This document shows positions 1-12,757 of a DNA stretch of 64,000 nucleotides, in pieces. Below the pieces are notes generated by a model that had not been told where the DNA came from, searched no databases, and saw only the letters and a program-made list of their open reading frames with translations. Numbering within the stretch: position 1 is the first letter of the stretch; each line of letters opens with the position of its first letter. The translations under genes were made by a program, and so were the position numbers. The stretch is from Azolla caroliniana. Taxonomy: Eukaryota > Plantae > Polypodiophyta. The stretch covers positions 6,510,001 to 6,574,000 of the forward strand of contig JBHGNT010000018.1 of NCBI GenBank assembly GCA_043228905.1, read 5' to 3'.

Positions 1-125
1 CTAGACATTTGCATATCCTCTTGCATACTTGAGCTATGTGGCATGAAAGATTCCTGTGAATCAAGTTGGAAACTTCTTGTACGAGCATTCATGTTACCAA
101 AGACAATAACTTCCCCTTTGGATTT

Positions 126-536
126 TGTTGAGAGACAAGCTCAACATCGGCCGGATCGGCTGAAGAAGCCGAGGACCGGATCGGTTGGGATCGATCGGTT
201 AGGCCGAGTGCGTAAATCAAGAGGCCATTAGGAAAGATTTTCCGTGAGGAATATATTTGGGAGTTAGTGTAGGAGCTCTTAATGAGCATTGAAGTACTGT
301 CAGTACTTCTGTCAGTCCTTCTAGGACTTGTATAAAAGTGTTCATTGAACACACATATGTATAGAGTGGTGAGTAGAGATTGAGTAATTTTTTGTTGAAT
401 ATAGTTCTTGTGTTTTCTCTCTCACACTCTCTCTGTCTCTCCCGCGTATACTGCGTAAGCTCAAGCTCTCCATTAAACCTGAGTTTTCTTACTTCTGTTC
501 GGTCTTCATACTTGCTTCCGCACGCTACTTTTTACA
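126..536 (+). repeat. 5' LTR of Copia family A element
   Basis: TGTTGAG..TTTACA, direct repeat of 5393-5803, followed by the tRNA-iMet PBS. Confidence 0.97.
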
Positions 537-608
537 TGGTATCAGAGCGCGAGGGTTGAGAACCTCTCTGCAGCCGACATAGCTTGACGAAGAAGAACAA
601 GAAGAACG

Positions 609-3600
609 ATGGATAGAGGCATGGCGAGCTCGCTTCCAACAGAGAAGCTCGACAGAACCAACTACGCGTCTTGGTGATACAAGATGCAACAGTACCTGCT
701 CGGGCATGTCTACTGGAGTTATGTCGAAGGAGCTAATGACGCAGCACCCGAATCGACACACAGAGACTTCCTGTCGTGGGAGCAATCGGCGAGCAGGGTA
801 TTATACTGCCTCACGTCGTGTGTGGGCGAACAACTATTGAGCTATGTTCGGGATGCAAAGATGCCGAAGGGTGCGTGGGAAAATCTGAAGAAGATTTTCG
901 CCGTGAGCACCACAGCTAGGAAGCTTCAGCTCTGACAGGAGTTGAGCAACCTAAGACAACGCGACTTGTCGGTGGCGGACTATACCTCGAAGATCAAGGA
1001 TATCTACGACTCCCTCGCCTCCATAGAGGTGAACATCGAGGAGAGCAAGATGATCCAGATCTGTCTCGGAGGTTTGGTGTCGAAGTTCGGAGCGTTCCGA
1101 ACGGCTGTGTGTACCCGGGAGAATACGCCGTCCTTTTTCGACTTACAGTCAATGCTCCTGGTAGAGGAGAACCACGCAGGTGTGTCTACAAGCACGCACA
1201 CCGACAACAGAATGTTGTACACGGAGGGAGATAGGCCCCGTGGACTTGGAGGACGAGGCGAGTCGGCGCGCAATGGAGGCGGCCAACGAGATCAAGGAAG
1301 AAGGCACCGAAGTGATGTCGACAGCAACTCTGGACCCTCCGGAAACAGGGGGAGTCGAAGCGATGAGAACCAGCAAGGGAAGGCCATCGCGGAGTGCTGG
1401 TACTGTGGCAAGAAAGGCCATAGGGAAAGTGAGTGCTGGAAGAAGCGTGCCAATTCGGAGAGAACCGGTTCCGGAAACGGCTCCAGGCATACCGACAAGG
1501 GAAATTTGCAGCGATCGCACTATGCCGAAAACTCCGGGAGAGCCGGAGAAGGGTCTACCTTCGTGACGAGACACGGAGCAAACTCAATGAAACAGACCAC
1601 CCCGAGATCGGACGAGGTGTGGTACGTAGACTCCGGCGCGGAGCCATAAGGAGTGGTTCTCGTACCTTGAAAAACCGATACAACTTGGAGTAGTCGCAAC
1701 TGGAGACAACACTCCGCATCCGATCGCGAATGTAGGAGAAGTTCCCCTTAGCCATGTTGGGCAGAAAGGGAAACTCATGAACGTGTTGCACGTCCCAACA
1801 ATCACGAAGAACTTGGTCTCGGTTGGACAGATCGTCGACCAAAGAATGGAGGTTTGGTTTACACACCTCGGGTGCTTCATTGAGGAAGAAGGCCATGTGA
1901 TTGCGCAAGGGCGCAGAGACGGGAGGATGTTCATCCTTGACTCCACTGACGACGGCACCGCAATGTTCGCGAAGGGACAAAAATCCGAGTGGGACATCGA
2001 CTTGTGGCACAAGCGGATAGGCCACGTCAACTACCAACGCCTTCAAGATCTGCAATCGAAATAGGTAGTCTTCGGATTGCCCAAATTTAGTGGCCGAAAG
2101 GCACAAATTTGTGAAGCCTGCAACCTCGCGAAGCAACAGTGACTTCCTTTCCCCAACGAGCGAAACCGGAGCCGGAACAAGCTCGACCTTATACACTCTG
2201 ATGTATGGGGGCCAGCACAAAACGTTAGTCTTGGCAGGAGCCGATATTTCATCTCCTTCATCGACGACCACACGCAACACACGTGGATCTACCTCATTGA
2301 GAGGAAGAGCGAAGTCTTCGACTGTTTCGTGGAAACGGAAACGGGACGAAAGATCAAGTGCCTGCGGTCGGATGGGGGAAAGAGTACTTTTCCGGTCAAT
2401 TCAACGGTTATCTACAACAAATGGGAATTCGGCGCGAATTCAGTTGTAGATACACGCCAGAGCAGAACGGCGTGGCCGAGAGGAAGAATCGGTCAGTTGT
2501 GGAAGCGGCATGGGCAATGTTGGAGGAGAAGAGCTTGCCCAAGTTCTACTAGGCCGAGGCGGTAAGGACCGCGGTATACATCTAGAACCGGATTGGAGAC
2601 AAAGTGTCGGCGCACGAGCTATATTTCGGAACGAAGCCAAACTTTCGACACTTGAGGGTGTTCGGTAGCATTGTGTATGTGCATGTACCGAAGGAGAAAA
2701 GGAGGAAGCTGGACGCAAAGGCCGAGAAATGCATCTTGGTCGGTTACTCGGACGAGCAGAAGGGTTATAAGTGCTATAACCCTCGCACCAAACAAGCGCG
2801 TGTTAGCCGCGATGTTGTGTTTGACGAGTCCGTGTCCTGGTACCAGCCCCCGACTCCAATCCGAACTCTGACGATGAGGTAAGTGAGGCCGAGATGCCTC
2901 CTGATGAGCCCGAAGTCGAGACCCGCGAAGAGAGTCCGATTTCACTCCGTTTAAGTGGACGGATTGGACGACCGAGTCGGTACGACTAGTCCGATGAAGA
3001 GCCGGCGAGTAATGGAGACTCGGCCATGCATTCCCCGCGCAGGAAGCCGAGGAGACGGCTTACGCGCAAAGAAAAAGGGAAGAAGAAGGTGTCGGATTCC
3101 GGCGAGGATAGGAACGAGTCAGATCGACGTGAGTCCGACTCCGAGGGAAGCGGCGACGGGCCTTCAGGAACGAAGTCCGCGTCGACCGAGAAGACCTTGA
3201 CATTGACAAATGACCGATTACGCCGATCTACCCACCAAAGGAACCCAGTTGTGCAGTTTGGATACAACGAGTACATGGTACATCACTATGCGTACATGAT
3301 CTGTGTAGCGGAAGTGCGTGAGCTGGGGAGCTACGCAAAAGCGGCTAAAGACGCGAATTGGCGTGCTGCGATGGAGGAAGAGATGCACGCATTGGCGGAG
3401 AACAAGACGTGGGACCTGGTTGACGCACCAAGAGGGGTAAAACCGATCGGGTGTAGGTGGGTGTGCAAGGTCAAGTACAATACCGATGGCTCGGTCAACC
3501 GGTACAAGGCTCGGCTAGTGGCAAAGGGCTACGCGTAGAAACACAACATCGACTACGATGAGACATTTGCGCCGGTCGCGAAAATGATGACCGTCTCTGT

Positions 3601-5398
3601 TTTGCTTGTAGTAGCTGCGGTGAAGGGGTGGCACTTACATCAGATGGATGTAAAGAATGCGTTCCTGCAAGGTGACCTTGAGGAACAGGTGTACATGGTA
3701 CAACCCCCCGAATTTCACTCCGGAATGAACTCCTCGGCAGTATGCCAACTGAAGAAGTCCCTTTATGGACTAAAGCAAGCCGCGCATGCCTGGAATGCGA
3801 AGATCACGCAACAACTGCGTCGGATGGGCTTCGTCACGTCAAAATCGGACTCTTCCCTGTTCATCCGGAAAGGTCGACTCGGACCGATTAGTATTTTACT
3901 ATATGTTGATGACTTGGTCATCACCGGCGCCGACCTAGGTGAAATCGACTGTGTGAAGCTCCAGCTTGCGGCATCGTTCGACATGAAGGATCTGGGGGAT
4001 CTTCATTACTTCCTCGGGATCGAAGTGATCCGTACCCCCGAAGGCATATTGATTAGCCAACGTCATTACGTGGTGAGTATGCTCTTCAAATTCGGGATGG
4101 CCGACTGTAAGTCCGTCTTGACTCCTCTGGACAAAACCGTCAAGCTTCGTCCCGATACGGGAAAGGTATGCGACCCGACAAGGTTCCAACAAATTGTCGG
4201 AAGCCTCATATACTTGACCATCACCCGACCCGACCTCAGTTATCCGGTCGGGGTGATCAGTCAGTTCATGGCGTGACCTACCAAGGAGCACCTTCAGTGT
4301 GCGCGACGCATACTTCGGTATGTCAACAACACTAAGGACCAGGGACTGCTATATCGGACTGGTGCAGCCATGTAGTTAGTCGGCTACACCAATGTTGATT
4401 GGGCTGGCAACGCCGCCGATCGCCGATCCACGTCTGGATACGCGTTCTCCCTCGGGAGTGCCACGATCGCGTGCAGAAGTAAGAAGCAGCCGACAGTTGC
4501 ACTGTCGAGCACCGAAGCTGAGTACCAAGGAGCGGCTGTCGCGACATGCGAAGCCATATGGTTGAAGCGGCTAATTAAGGACCTGCAAGAGGAGGTGTCA
4601 GATCCGACAACGATCTACTGCGACAACCTCAGCAACATCCAGCTTGCGAAAAACCCCATTTTCCACGCACGGACCAAGCACATTGAGGTGCACTACCATT
4701 TCGTCCGTGAACGTGTCCTTTCTGGTCAAGTCGAACTTCAGTACGTTCCGACGGATCGGCCGACTGCCGACATCTTCACCAAGCCTCTTGGTCTGGCCAA
4801 GTTGCGGCAATTCTCAGGTGCGCTCGGATTGCGTCACCTCGACGTGCCAAACTTGAGGGGGAGAACAGTCCCGAACAACCAAGCAAGGCAGCAGGAAAGG
4901 AGCGGAGACCGCGACACCAAGTCGGTTGACTCGGTTGTCGAGTTCGACTTCGGATCGGCTGAAGAAGCCGAGGGCGGACCCGTGGAAAAGTCCGGAAGCG
5001 GACAGAAGGGGAGCAGCCGAAGGAGAGAGCCGAAGCCAACCACGCATGGGGAAGATGACGCCATCGAGGGTGAGAAGACCGAAGACGAGTCGGAGACAGC
5101 CAACTCGGACGAGAGCGAAAACCGATCGAAGGTAGCCGAGTCGGTTCGAATGTTTGATTCAGATATGCTGAATCAACCGAGGCCCAAGCGGAAGAAAAGG
5201 CAGTAGGAGAAGCGTCAACACCGCAATAGCAGAAGAGCTGATAAGGGCCACATGAGCAGACAAGCCGACGGGAAGGGTCGAAGCACGCGGAGTCGAACAG
5301 GTCGAGGAGCGCGAGCGAGGTGTGAAGCCAGGAGGAACCGGATTTGTGAGCCCGAAGATCCCGAAGAGCCTCAAGTTGAGCTTGAGGGGGAGTGTTGA
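609..5398 (+). pseudogene. Copia gag-pol pseudogene with C-terminal extension
   Basis: MDRGMASSLPTEKLD start; CWYCGKKGHRESEC zinc knuckle; WYVDSGA protease; GAG-pre-integrase LWHKRIGH; rve PEQNGVAERKNR; RT YVDDL; RNase [14 protein letters not shown]. Many stops and frameshifts. Confidence 0.93.
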
Positions 5399-5803
5399 GA
5401 GACAAGCTCAACGTCGGCCGGATCGGCTGAAGAAGCCGAGGACCGGATCGGTTGGGACCGATCGGTTAGGCCGAGTGCGTAAACCGGAAGGCCATTAGGA
5501 AAGATATTCCGTGAGGAATATATTTGGGAGTTAGTGTAGGAACTCTTAATGAGCATTGAAGTACTGTCAGTACTTCTGTCAGTCCTTCTAGGACTTGTAT
5601 AAAAGTGTTCATTGAACACACATATGTATAGAGTGGTGAATAGAGATTAAGTAATTTTTTGTTGAATATAGTTCTTGTGTTTTCTCTCTCTCACTCTCTC
5701 TGTCTCTCCCGTGTATACTGCGTAAGCTCAAGCTCTCCATTAAACCTGAGTTTTCTTCCTTCTGTTCGGTCTTCATACTTGCTTCCGCACGCTACTTTTT
5801 ACA
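5393..5803 (+). repeat. 3' LTR of Copia family A element
   Basis: Preceded by PPT CTTGAGGGGGAG and followed by TSD GATTT. Confidence 0.97.
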
Positions 5804-6718
5804 GATTTGAAATAAGCAATATCATCTTCTAGATTGGTGAAAGGTTTATCTTTATCTGTACAAGCATAAAAGTTAGAATCTTGATGAGGAATGTAACATC
5901 CAACTACAAAAGTGGGCAAATCATTAGGTGTTTCTACTTTGAGCCATATGTAGCATTTATGTTCATCATTTTTATGATTGACACATATTTCTCTATTTCC
6001 ATCTTAATCAAACATGCCACCCCTCCTTGTCCTCTTCTTTGTCTTGGATTTTTCTCCCATATCAAAGACTGTACATTATAATTTCCTTAACCTTGAATCC
6101 TTTGAGTATCATGCTCCCATGTTTCAACAAGAAGTGTGATATCCGAGTTATCGGTGAACTCCTCTATGCCAAATCCCACATTCCATGGATATCCATTGCA
6201 ATTCCAAAAGCATAGTCGTAAAAGGCATGGGTTAGTCTCATAGTTCATGTCTCCCTATTTGCCTACATTTCCATCTTTAGGCACATCCTTAACCTTATTT
6301 TTCAATCTTTCTTCATATTCTTTACAACGAGCATTTTGTTGTGAGATAGTATGATCTTCACTCACAAAGCATTGTGTACCTTTCAGGTATACCCAACTAT
6401 TTTTGAGTATGATCCGATGCTTTGTATCATCTGTCATTGTGCATACAATAGGCCTTTTTCCGGAGCAAGTAACACCATGTTTCCCAACTCGATGTGCCCC
6501 ATATACATTCATATCCAACATCCCATAATGCATGCTTAAAAAAATCACCACTGGACTTTTTGAGGGATGCCGGTGTTTCCATACTCTCCTCTTTAATCCC
6601 ACAGACGACAATGTTCTTTGATCGGTGTTCACATTCTTTCAATTCTCGAACATCTATGCTTTCTATATTTTTCTCTTGATGCATCACATGCATATTAGAT
6701 GAGTTTGATACCACATTC

Positions 6719-6720
<2 letters not shown>

Positions 6721-6762
<42 letters not shown>

Positions 6763-6995
6763 CAAAGTTGGGAGATGTTGGAGAAGGAAAAACACTAATT
6801 TTGATGTATCTTCTTGCTACAATGTTCGTTTCCATTGTTCTTTAGCTCATTTCAAAGTCTGCATATAGAGCTTTCTAAAGAGTATCTGCACGTATCATTT
6901 GGTGGTCTTGGTAGAACGTTATGAGTAAAAATTGCATTCGGTTGCTTGCATTTCATGATCGCTTGCTTTGATTCCTTCTCCAACACAATTACTTA
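6721..6995. repeat. (GA)n-linked short repeat, copy 1, with a 210-bp core (6776-6985) bounded by an inverted repeat
   Basis: TGTTGGAGAAGGAA..TTCCTTCTCCAACA; homologous to 8663-8925. Confidence 0.8.
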
Positions 6996-7069
6996 CAATA
7001 CAATCTTCCTTATACAATACTCCCTTATACAATCGCTCGCTTGTCATATATTAATGGAAGCAGTACAAT

Positions 7070-7769
7070 ACTCTACTCGCTGACTGTTCCCACGCCGGGA
7101 AATCTCTAAATTTGATTCGGGTGCTGTGTCATTTGCTTCGTCGACATAGCTCGAGTAACCGTGCCCGAGCAGGTACTCGTGCATCTTGTACCAAGACGCA
7201 TAGCTGTTTTTGTCGAGCTTCTCGGTAGGAAGGGAGCTAGCCATGCCTCTATCGATTTGTTTTTCCTGTTCTTCTTGGTTGGTTTTCTTTTCAAGCAATG
7301 TCGGCTGTAGAGGTTCTCAACCCTCGCGCTCTGATACCATGTAAAGAATAGCGTGCGGAAGCAAGTAGAAAACCGAACACAGAAAATACGCAGGTTTAAT
7401 GGAGAGCTTGAATATACACAGTACGCGGGAGAGACAATGAGAGAACACACAAAAAACAATTCAAAATAATACTAAATCTGTACATAGGATGTGCTCAGTG
7501 AGCACTTTTATATAAGTCCATATGGACTGACAGAAGTACTTACATGTACTTCAATGCTCATAAGTGAGCTCTACACTAACTCCCAAAATATATTCCTACG
7601 CGGAATATCTTCCCAACGGTCTTGGGGTTTATGCACCGCTACGACTTCTTGTTGCGTACTGGTCCGCACACCGGTTTACGCACCGGTCTGGCCTAACCGA
7701 TCGATCCCAACCGATCTGGTTCTCGGCTTGCACAGTCGATCGGGCCAATGTTGAGCTTGTATCTCAACA
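7070..7769 (-). mobile_element. Truncated Copia family A 5' end (LTR 7340-7769, PBS 7328-7339, gag start)
   Basis: LTR homologous to 126-536; PBS GCTCTGATACCA on +; translation RGMASSLPTEKLD. Confidence 0.9.
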
Positions 7770-8662
7770 GAATCTCAACGGTTGTCGGATTTTGAAGTGC
7801 CAAGAGATGGTTATGTATTCCCCCAAATTATGGATTTATTTGGGAGAAATTACATGATATACCATTGTTGCAAGGATCTTTGCCATTGAAAACCAATTTG
7901 GCACCTTGGGTAGATTGGCGGTTACAAGATGGTACACGCTTGTTTCAAGTCACTACAAATATATTGTATCATCATGCGTTGGCATCATTATCTTGGCTAT
8001 CTCCTAAAGCAATGAAGTTCTGGAATGTATATAAGTCAGATGCAAGGTGGTGGAAAATATTACAACGTGGTTGGCATTCCTATCTACTATTTCATGCAAA
8101 GGTATTCAAATGGTGAGTCATGATTGGTGGGCTCCCATTAGGTTCGGCCTTAAAGATACAAGGACTAGGGTCTAGCACTTGTTTCTTTTGCACCGTTCCA
8201 TTGGAGGATAGTACACATAGGTTCATTAAATGTCCTATAGCATGTACCATTTGGAAGTACTCATCGGACATTTGGCAAATTTTAACCCATTGTTGTTTGA
8301 GACCTGAACAATGGGTTTTTTCTCAATATGTTCAAAATGGATCAAATGATGAGATGGAAATATTGTTCCAATTTTTACGTTATTGGGGTTTACAACAAAA
8401 TTGGAATATGCCTAATGCTTTCATGTTTGATAATAGACATGGGGTGAAAGCCTATATAAAGAAGCTTAAAGGTATTCTCATGTGGAATGTTTGGATGTTA
8501 GAGCATGTGGGGATCATTTCCTCAAATGCATATTCAGGTTTTTTAGTAGCATTACAAAACGTCCGTCTCCTTATATAGGCATATGATAGGTAGAGGAGAC
8601 TAAGAAGTATTCGTAACTCGGTGGATTTTACATAAAATTAATATAATTTTTGCTTTTACCAA
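7770..8662 (+). mobile_element. L1-type LINE 3' end (zf-RVT region)
   Basis: CFFCTVPLEDSTHRFIKCPIACTIW matches the CCHC zf-RVT domain of plant L1 ORF2. Confidence 0.8.
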
Positions 8663-8925
8663 AGAGAGAGAGAGAGAGAGAGAGAGAGAAACGCAAAGTT
8701 GGGAAATGTTGGAGAAGGACAAACACTACTTTTGATGTATCTTCTTGCTACGGTGTCCATTTCCTTTGTTCTTTAGCTCATTTTGAAGCCTACACATAGA
8801 GCTTTCGAAAGAGTATCTGCAAATATCATTTGGTGTTCTTGGTAGAAAGTTTCGAGTAAAAATTCCATTCAGTTGCATGCATCTCATGATCACTTGCTTT
8901 GATTCCTTCTCCAACACAATTACTT
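8663..8925. repeat. (GA)n-linked short repeat, copy 2, core 8707-8916
   Basis: TGTTGGAGAAGGA..TCCTTCTCCAACA, same 210-bp length as copy 1. Confidence 0.8.
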
Positions 8926-8929
8926 GTAA

Positions 8930-11900
8930 ATAAGCTCTCTCCTATTTCTTGTCATATGGATGGTAGTGTTTTCATGAATATGGATGTGTCTCCAAATTCT
9001 TCAAAGGATGCATGCATGGTTGAGTCAATATCAAGCCCAAGAGGGGATGGTAAAAGAAAACGATGTATTGGAGATAATAGTATTGACATGTCTTATGCTG
9101 ATGCAATGCGACAAGATGATATTGAGAAAGATGATAGTCATTGGGAACATTTAAGATGCATGGAAAATATATTAATGGAAGATTGTATAAGGGAGAATGT
9201 GAAAGTTGTTGAGGAGTTTGTTGACAATGAAGTGGCTAAGGTAGAAATAGACAATAAGGAGTTTTTGGGCTCATTTGCTAATTTTGGTGATAAAGGGGTC
9301 ATATTGTTTTTCACGGGGAATATATCTTTCCTTTGGAGGGTCAAACAATGGTTACGTGGGATTTTACAAGCTAATTGTGTTCAGGATGTTTATGTTGGTC
9401 CTTGTGGATTTGATGAGGTTGTTTTGGTATCACAAGAGTATAAACAGAAATTACTCAATAAATTGCTAGTTTTTTATGAGAAAAATTTGGTTCATATTAG
9501 TCCATGGAGGCCACTAGTGGAATACCAAGATATATTAAAGCAAGAGTGTCTCGTATGGGTTGAGGTAGAGTGCACATATTTAGTGGTTTGGCCAATATTA
9601 CGGTAAGTGATGGAAAAGTTGGGAACGATCTTGGTGCCTCCTAGTGCTAATGCTCAAAATCGATGTTGAATGTGTATGCTTTGGAATACTGCTATAAAGA
9701 GGCCAAGTTGTTTACATATTGCATGCTTTGGTTTGCCGCCTATGAATTTAGGGGTACATTTGCAGGTCATTGTTTCCATTGTGGTGTGTTGGGGAATTTT
9801 ATGGCTATGTCCTTGAAAAAGAAATAAATTAGTGGAAGTGGTACATGAAGAGCCTACAATTCATGATCAAATTCTAGCTTTGACAATTTCAGAGCAAACA
9901 AAGGAACCACAAATTGTGAATGAGAAGGATGGAAAGACTCTAGAGGATGATGGACAATGGTCAATAGTTTCTAGAAAGATGAAGAAGTCGAATAAAAATG
10001 TTGGGTATAATGTATCTATGGAGAAGGTCACACCAACAAATCCCATGCAGCATAAACCATGGGCTTGTCAAGAGGACTATCCAAAGAAATTATCTTTTGA
10101 TAATAAAGGTAATTTGTATGTTGCTTGGAATAAACAGAAATCGGTGCCTCGTTCACATGAGGAGCCATCGGGGTCTGGAGTTTTGGATTCCGATAGTAAT
10201 TCATATGCAGTCTTAGGGGATTTATTTCAGGATATGGAAGAAACATTAGCAGTGAAGGAGATGGAGATTTCTCGAATAAAAGGAAAAAATAAAGTATGAA
10301 GATCACCACATGGAATGTGAGGGATTGTGTTCTAGATTTAGAATGCATGAGGTTTGGAGGATTGTGTTAAGTGAGCAATGGGATGTTTTATGTGCATTAC
10401 AGCATAAACATCATCATAATGTTGGTTTAATTAATTATTCTAAGGGTTATACATTATGTTATGGTGGCAAGGTTCATGGGGATTATTCTGGGATTGCCAT
10501 GTTTATAAGAGATAAATTTCACCCAAAAGTAATTATTTTAGATGAATTTAGAAGATTTATTGTGGTAGAGATGTGTTATGAAGGGTGGGCAAGCTCTTTG
10601 GTTAGTTGGTGTGTATGCATCAAATGTTTCACAAGAATGAAAGTTGTTATGGAGATCTCTAAACTGAGTGCTTGACAATGGTAGACCGGGTTTATTGATG
10701 GGAGATTTTAATGTTTGTTGTGAGATAGATCAATCAACATCTATCGACTCTATTATGGACGGACCAGAGGCTCAAAAATGGGGAGATTTTGATACTGAAG
10801 TCATGTTAAGGGATGTATGGAAATGGATGAAGGGAGATGAACCTGGTTATACCTTTCAATCGGCTCAATATAAGGATACTTGGAGTAGGTTGGATCGAAT
10901 GTATGTAATGCATACCAAAGGTTTTTTACCAGAGATTTTTGGATATTTCAGTGTCTTATGGGTCAATTATATCAGATCATTTCCCATTAATTTTTGAGTT
11001 CAATCACCACTCAATTAGAGGGTTTCATGAGTTTTTAGGAAAACCTCCGTTTATTTTTAATTCATTACTTTTGGATCATGAGGTCTTCCATGCCTATATG
11101 TGTCAATTGATTGATGCATTTGTCTATTGTGTTCAATTTGATGGGTATGAAGTGTGGGAAGTATTTGATGCAAATGTTCAGAGATTAACTAGATATTATG
11201 GAATTCACCATGCTTTTAAAAGGAGAAAGAAATTAAGTCTCCTAGTTAATTTGCTCTATAAATGCAACTCATTGTAAACTTATTGGCCAATGGATGGGAT
11301 ATCAAGAGGTATTAATTTCTGTGATGCATGACCTAATGACAAAAAATTATCAACATGCTAGACTACAACATCTAAGACAAGCAGTGGATGATGTTAATTG
11401 TCAATCACATAAGTTTTTTCATGACCTTCATGAATCACATGCATGACATAATGTGGTAAGGTTAGAGAAAAATGGTATCATGTGTTCCGATCCTCAAGAA
11501 ATTGTGAAGAAATGCATAGAATATTATACACAATTGTTGGATGTACAAATGTGTATCGATGATAATGTTAAAAACGATAGAGAGTATTTTTTAATGGAGT
11601 GAAAAATCAAGTATCCCATGATGTGGCACGATCATTAGATGCTAATATTTCAGAGGATGAGGTGGAACATGTCATGTCACATATTGCTAATGAGAAGAGT
11701 CCTTGGTGGGATGGATTAACACATGAAGTCTTTAAGAAATATGTGATTAACTTAAAGGGGTCTTTTACGGTTTTATTTCAGAAGGTGTGGACATCAAGGG
11801 AAATTCCTCATTCTTGGAAGATTAGTTTGATCAAGCTTTTGCCGAAGGTGCCTTCTCCATCTTCCTTTGCTCAATGGAGGCCTATTTCATTGATGGGGGG

Positions 11901-12757
11901 GAATGTACAAGATTTTTGCAAAAGTGATGGCCAATAGGTTGCATAAGGTTTTGCCTAATGCTCAATATGGGTTTTTAGGAAAAAGAGAAATTTTACATAA
12001 TATTTTAAATGTTCAAATGGCAATTGACTATGCAAAGGAGCCTAAACAAGAATTAGTGTTGCTACAATTGGATATCAAGAAAGCCTATGATAATGTGCAT
12101 TGGTCATTTATAAATCAATTGATGTCTCATATGGGTGTTGGTGATCATATGTCTAAGTTAATATACACATTAGGGGAGGGTTTGGTTTCACATGTGATGT
12201 TTAATATAGGAGAAACACAACCGATTTCTATTCGGAGGTCAGTTAGACAACGATGCCCGGTAAGTCCTCTACTATCCACTATTGTGACACATCCTATTCT
12301 TGTTAAGTTACACAATATGGCTATGGAGGAAGAATTGCTTGGACTAAGGTTGCCATAAGGGAAGCCATGTATTGTTCAAGCTCTTGCAGATGACCATATT
12401 ATGTTTTTGGCACCTAATTGGGAAAATATTAGTAAGACAAGAGGTGTGGGAATTGTTTTCAAATGCTTTAGGGTTGAGAATTAATATACATAAATATGTC
12501 CTCATTTCATGTACAGAACAAGATGTGTTAGGGTTGGGGTGGTTAGGAAGGATAATACACTGTGGTATGATTTGCCGTCACCTTGGATATCCAATTGGGG
12601 TGGAGTTTCTCATGTGAAACTTATTGAGTGGGTATCCAAAAGGTTGGAGGATAAGTTTATGTATTGGAGGTCTCAGTTTTGGCCTTTTCATGTACGACTT
12701 AAGGTGGTCCAATTGATTATGGTCTCTATGGTATCTTATTATCTTTGTTTGATCCCA
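8930..12757 (+). mobile_element. Decayed L1-type LINE: ORF1 (~8950-10299), ORF2 APE-RT (10296-12757), 3' truncated
   Basis: ORF2 starts MKITTWNVR; GDFN and WSRLDR/SDH endonuclease motifs; KSP.WDG, WRPISL, LDIKKAYDNV, VRQRCPVSPLL RT motifs; degenerate ORF1 zinc knuckle CFHCG. Confidence 0.88.

Larger units (their letters stand above)
126..5803 (+). mobile_element. Full-length Ty1/Copia LTR retrotransposon (family A), decayed
   Basis: LTRs 126-536 and 5393-5803 (411 bp each, TG..CA, about 13 mismatches by eye). TSD GATTT at 121-125 and 5804-5808. PBS TGGTATCAGAGC 537-548. PPT 5381-5392. Domain order gag-PR-IN-RT-RH. Confidence 0.97.
1..6720 (-). mobile_element. Decayed non-LTR retrotransposon (LINE) 5' part: ORF1 (~6720-6255) and APE endonuclease of ORF2 (6248-5809, resuming 125-1), interrupted by Copia 126-5803
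   Basis: Minus-strand translation gives ORF1 motifs KNIVVCGIKEE..HRVGK..RPIV..LKGTQCFVSED. ORF2 starts MNYETNPCLLRLCFWNCNG, with ETW, RGQGGVACLI and, across the insertion, GEVIVFGNMNART (APE motifs). Frameshifts and stops are present. Confidence 0.75.
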
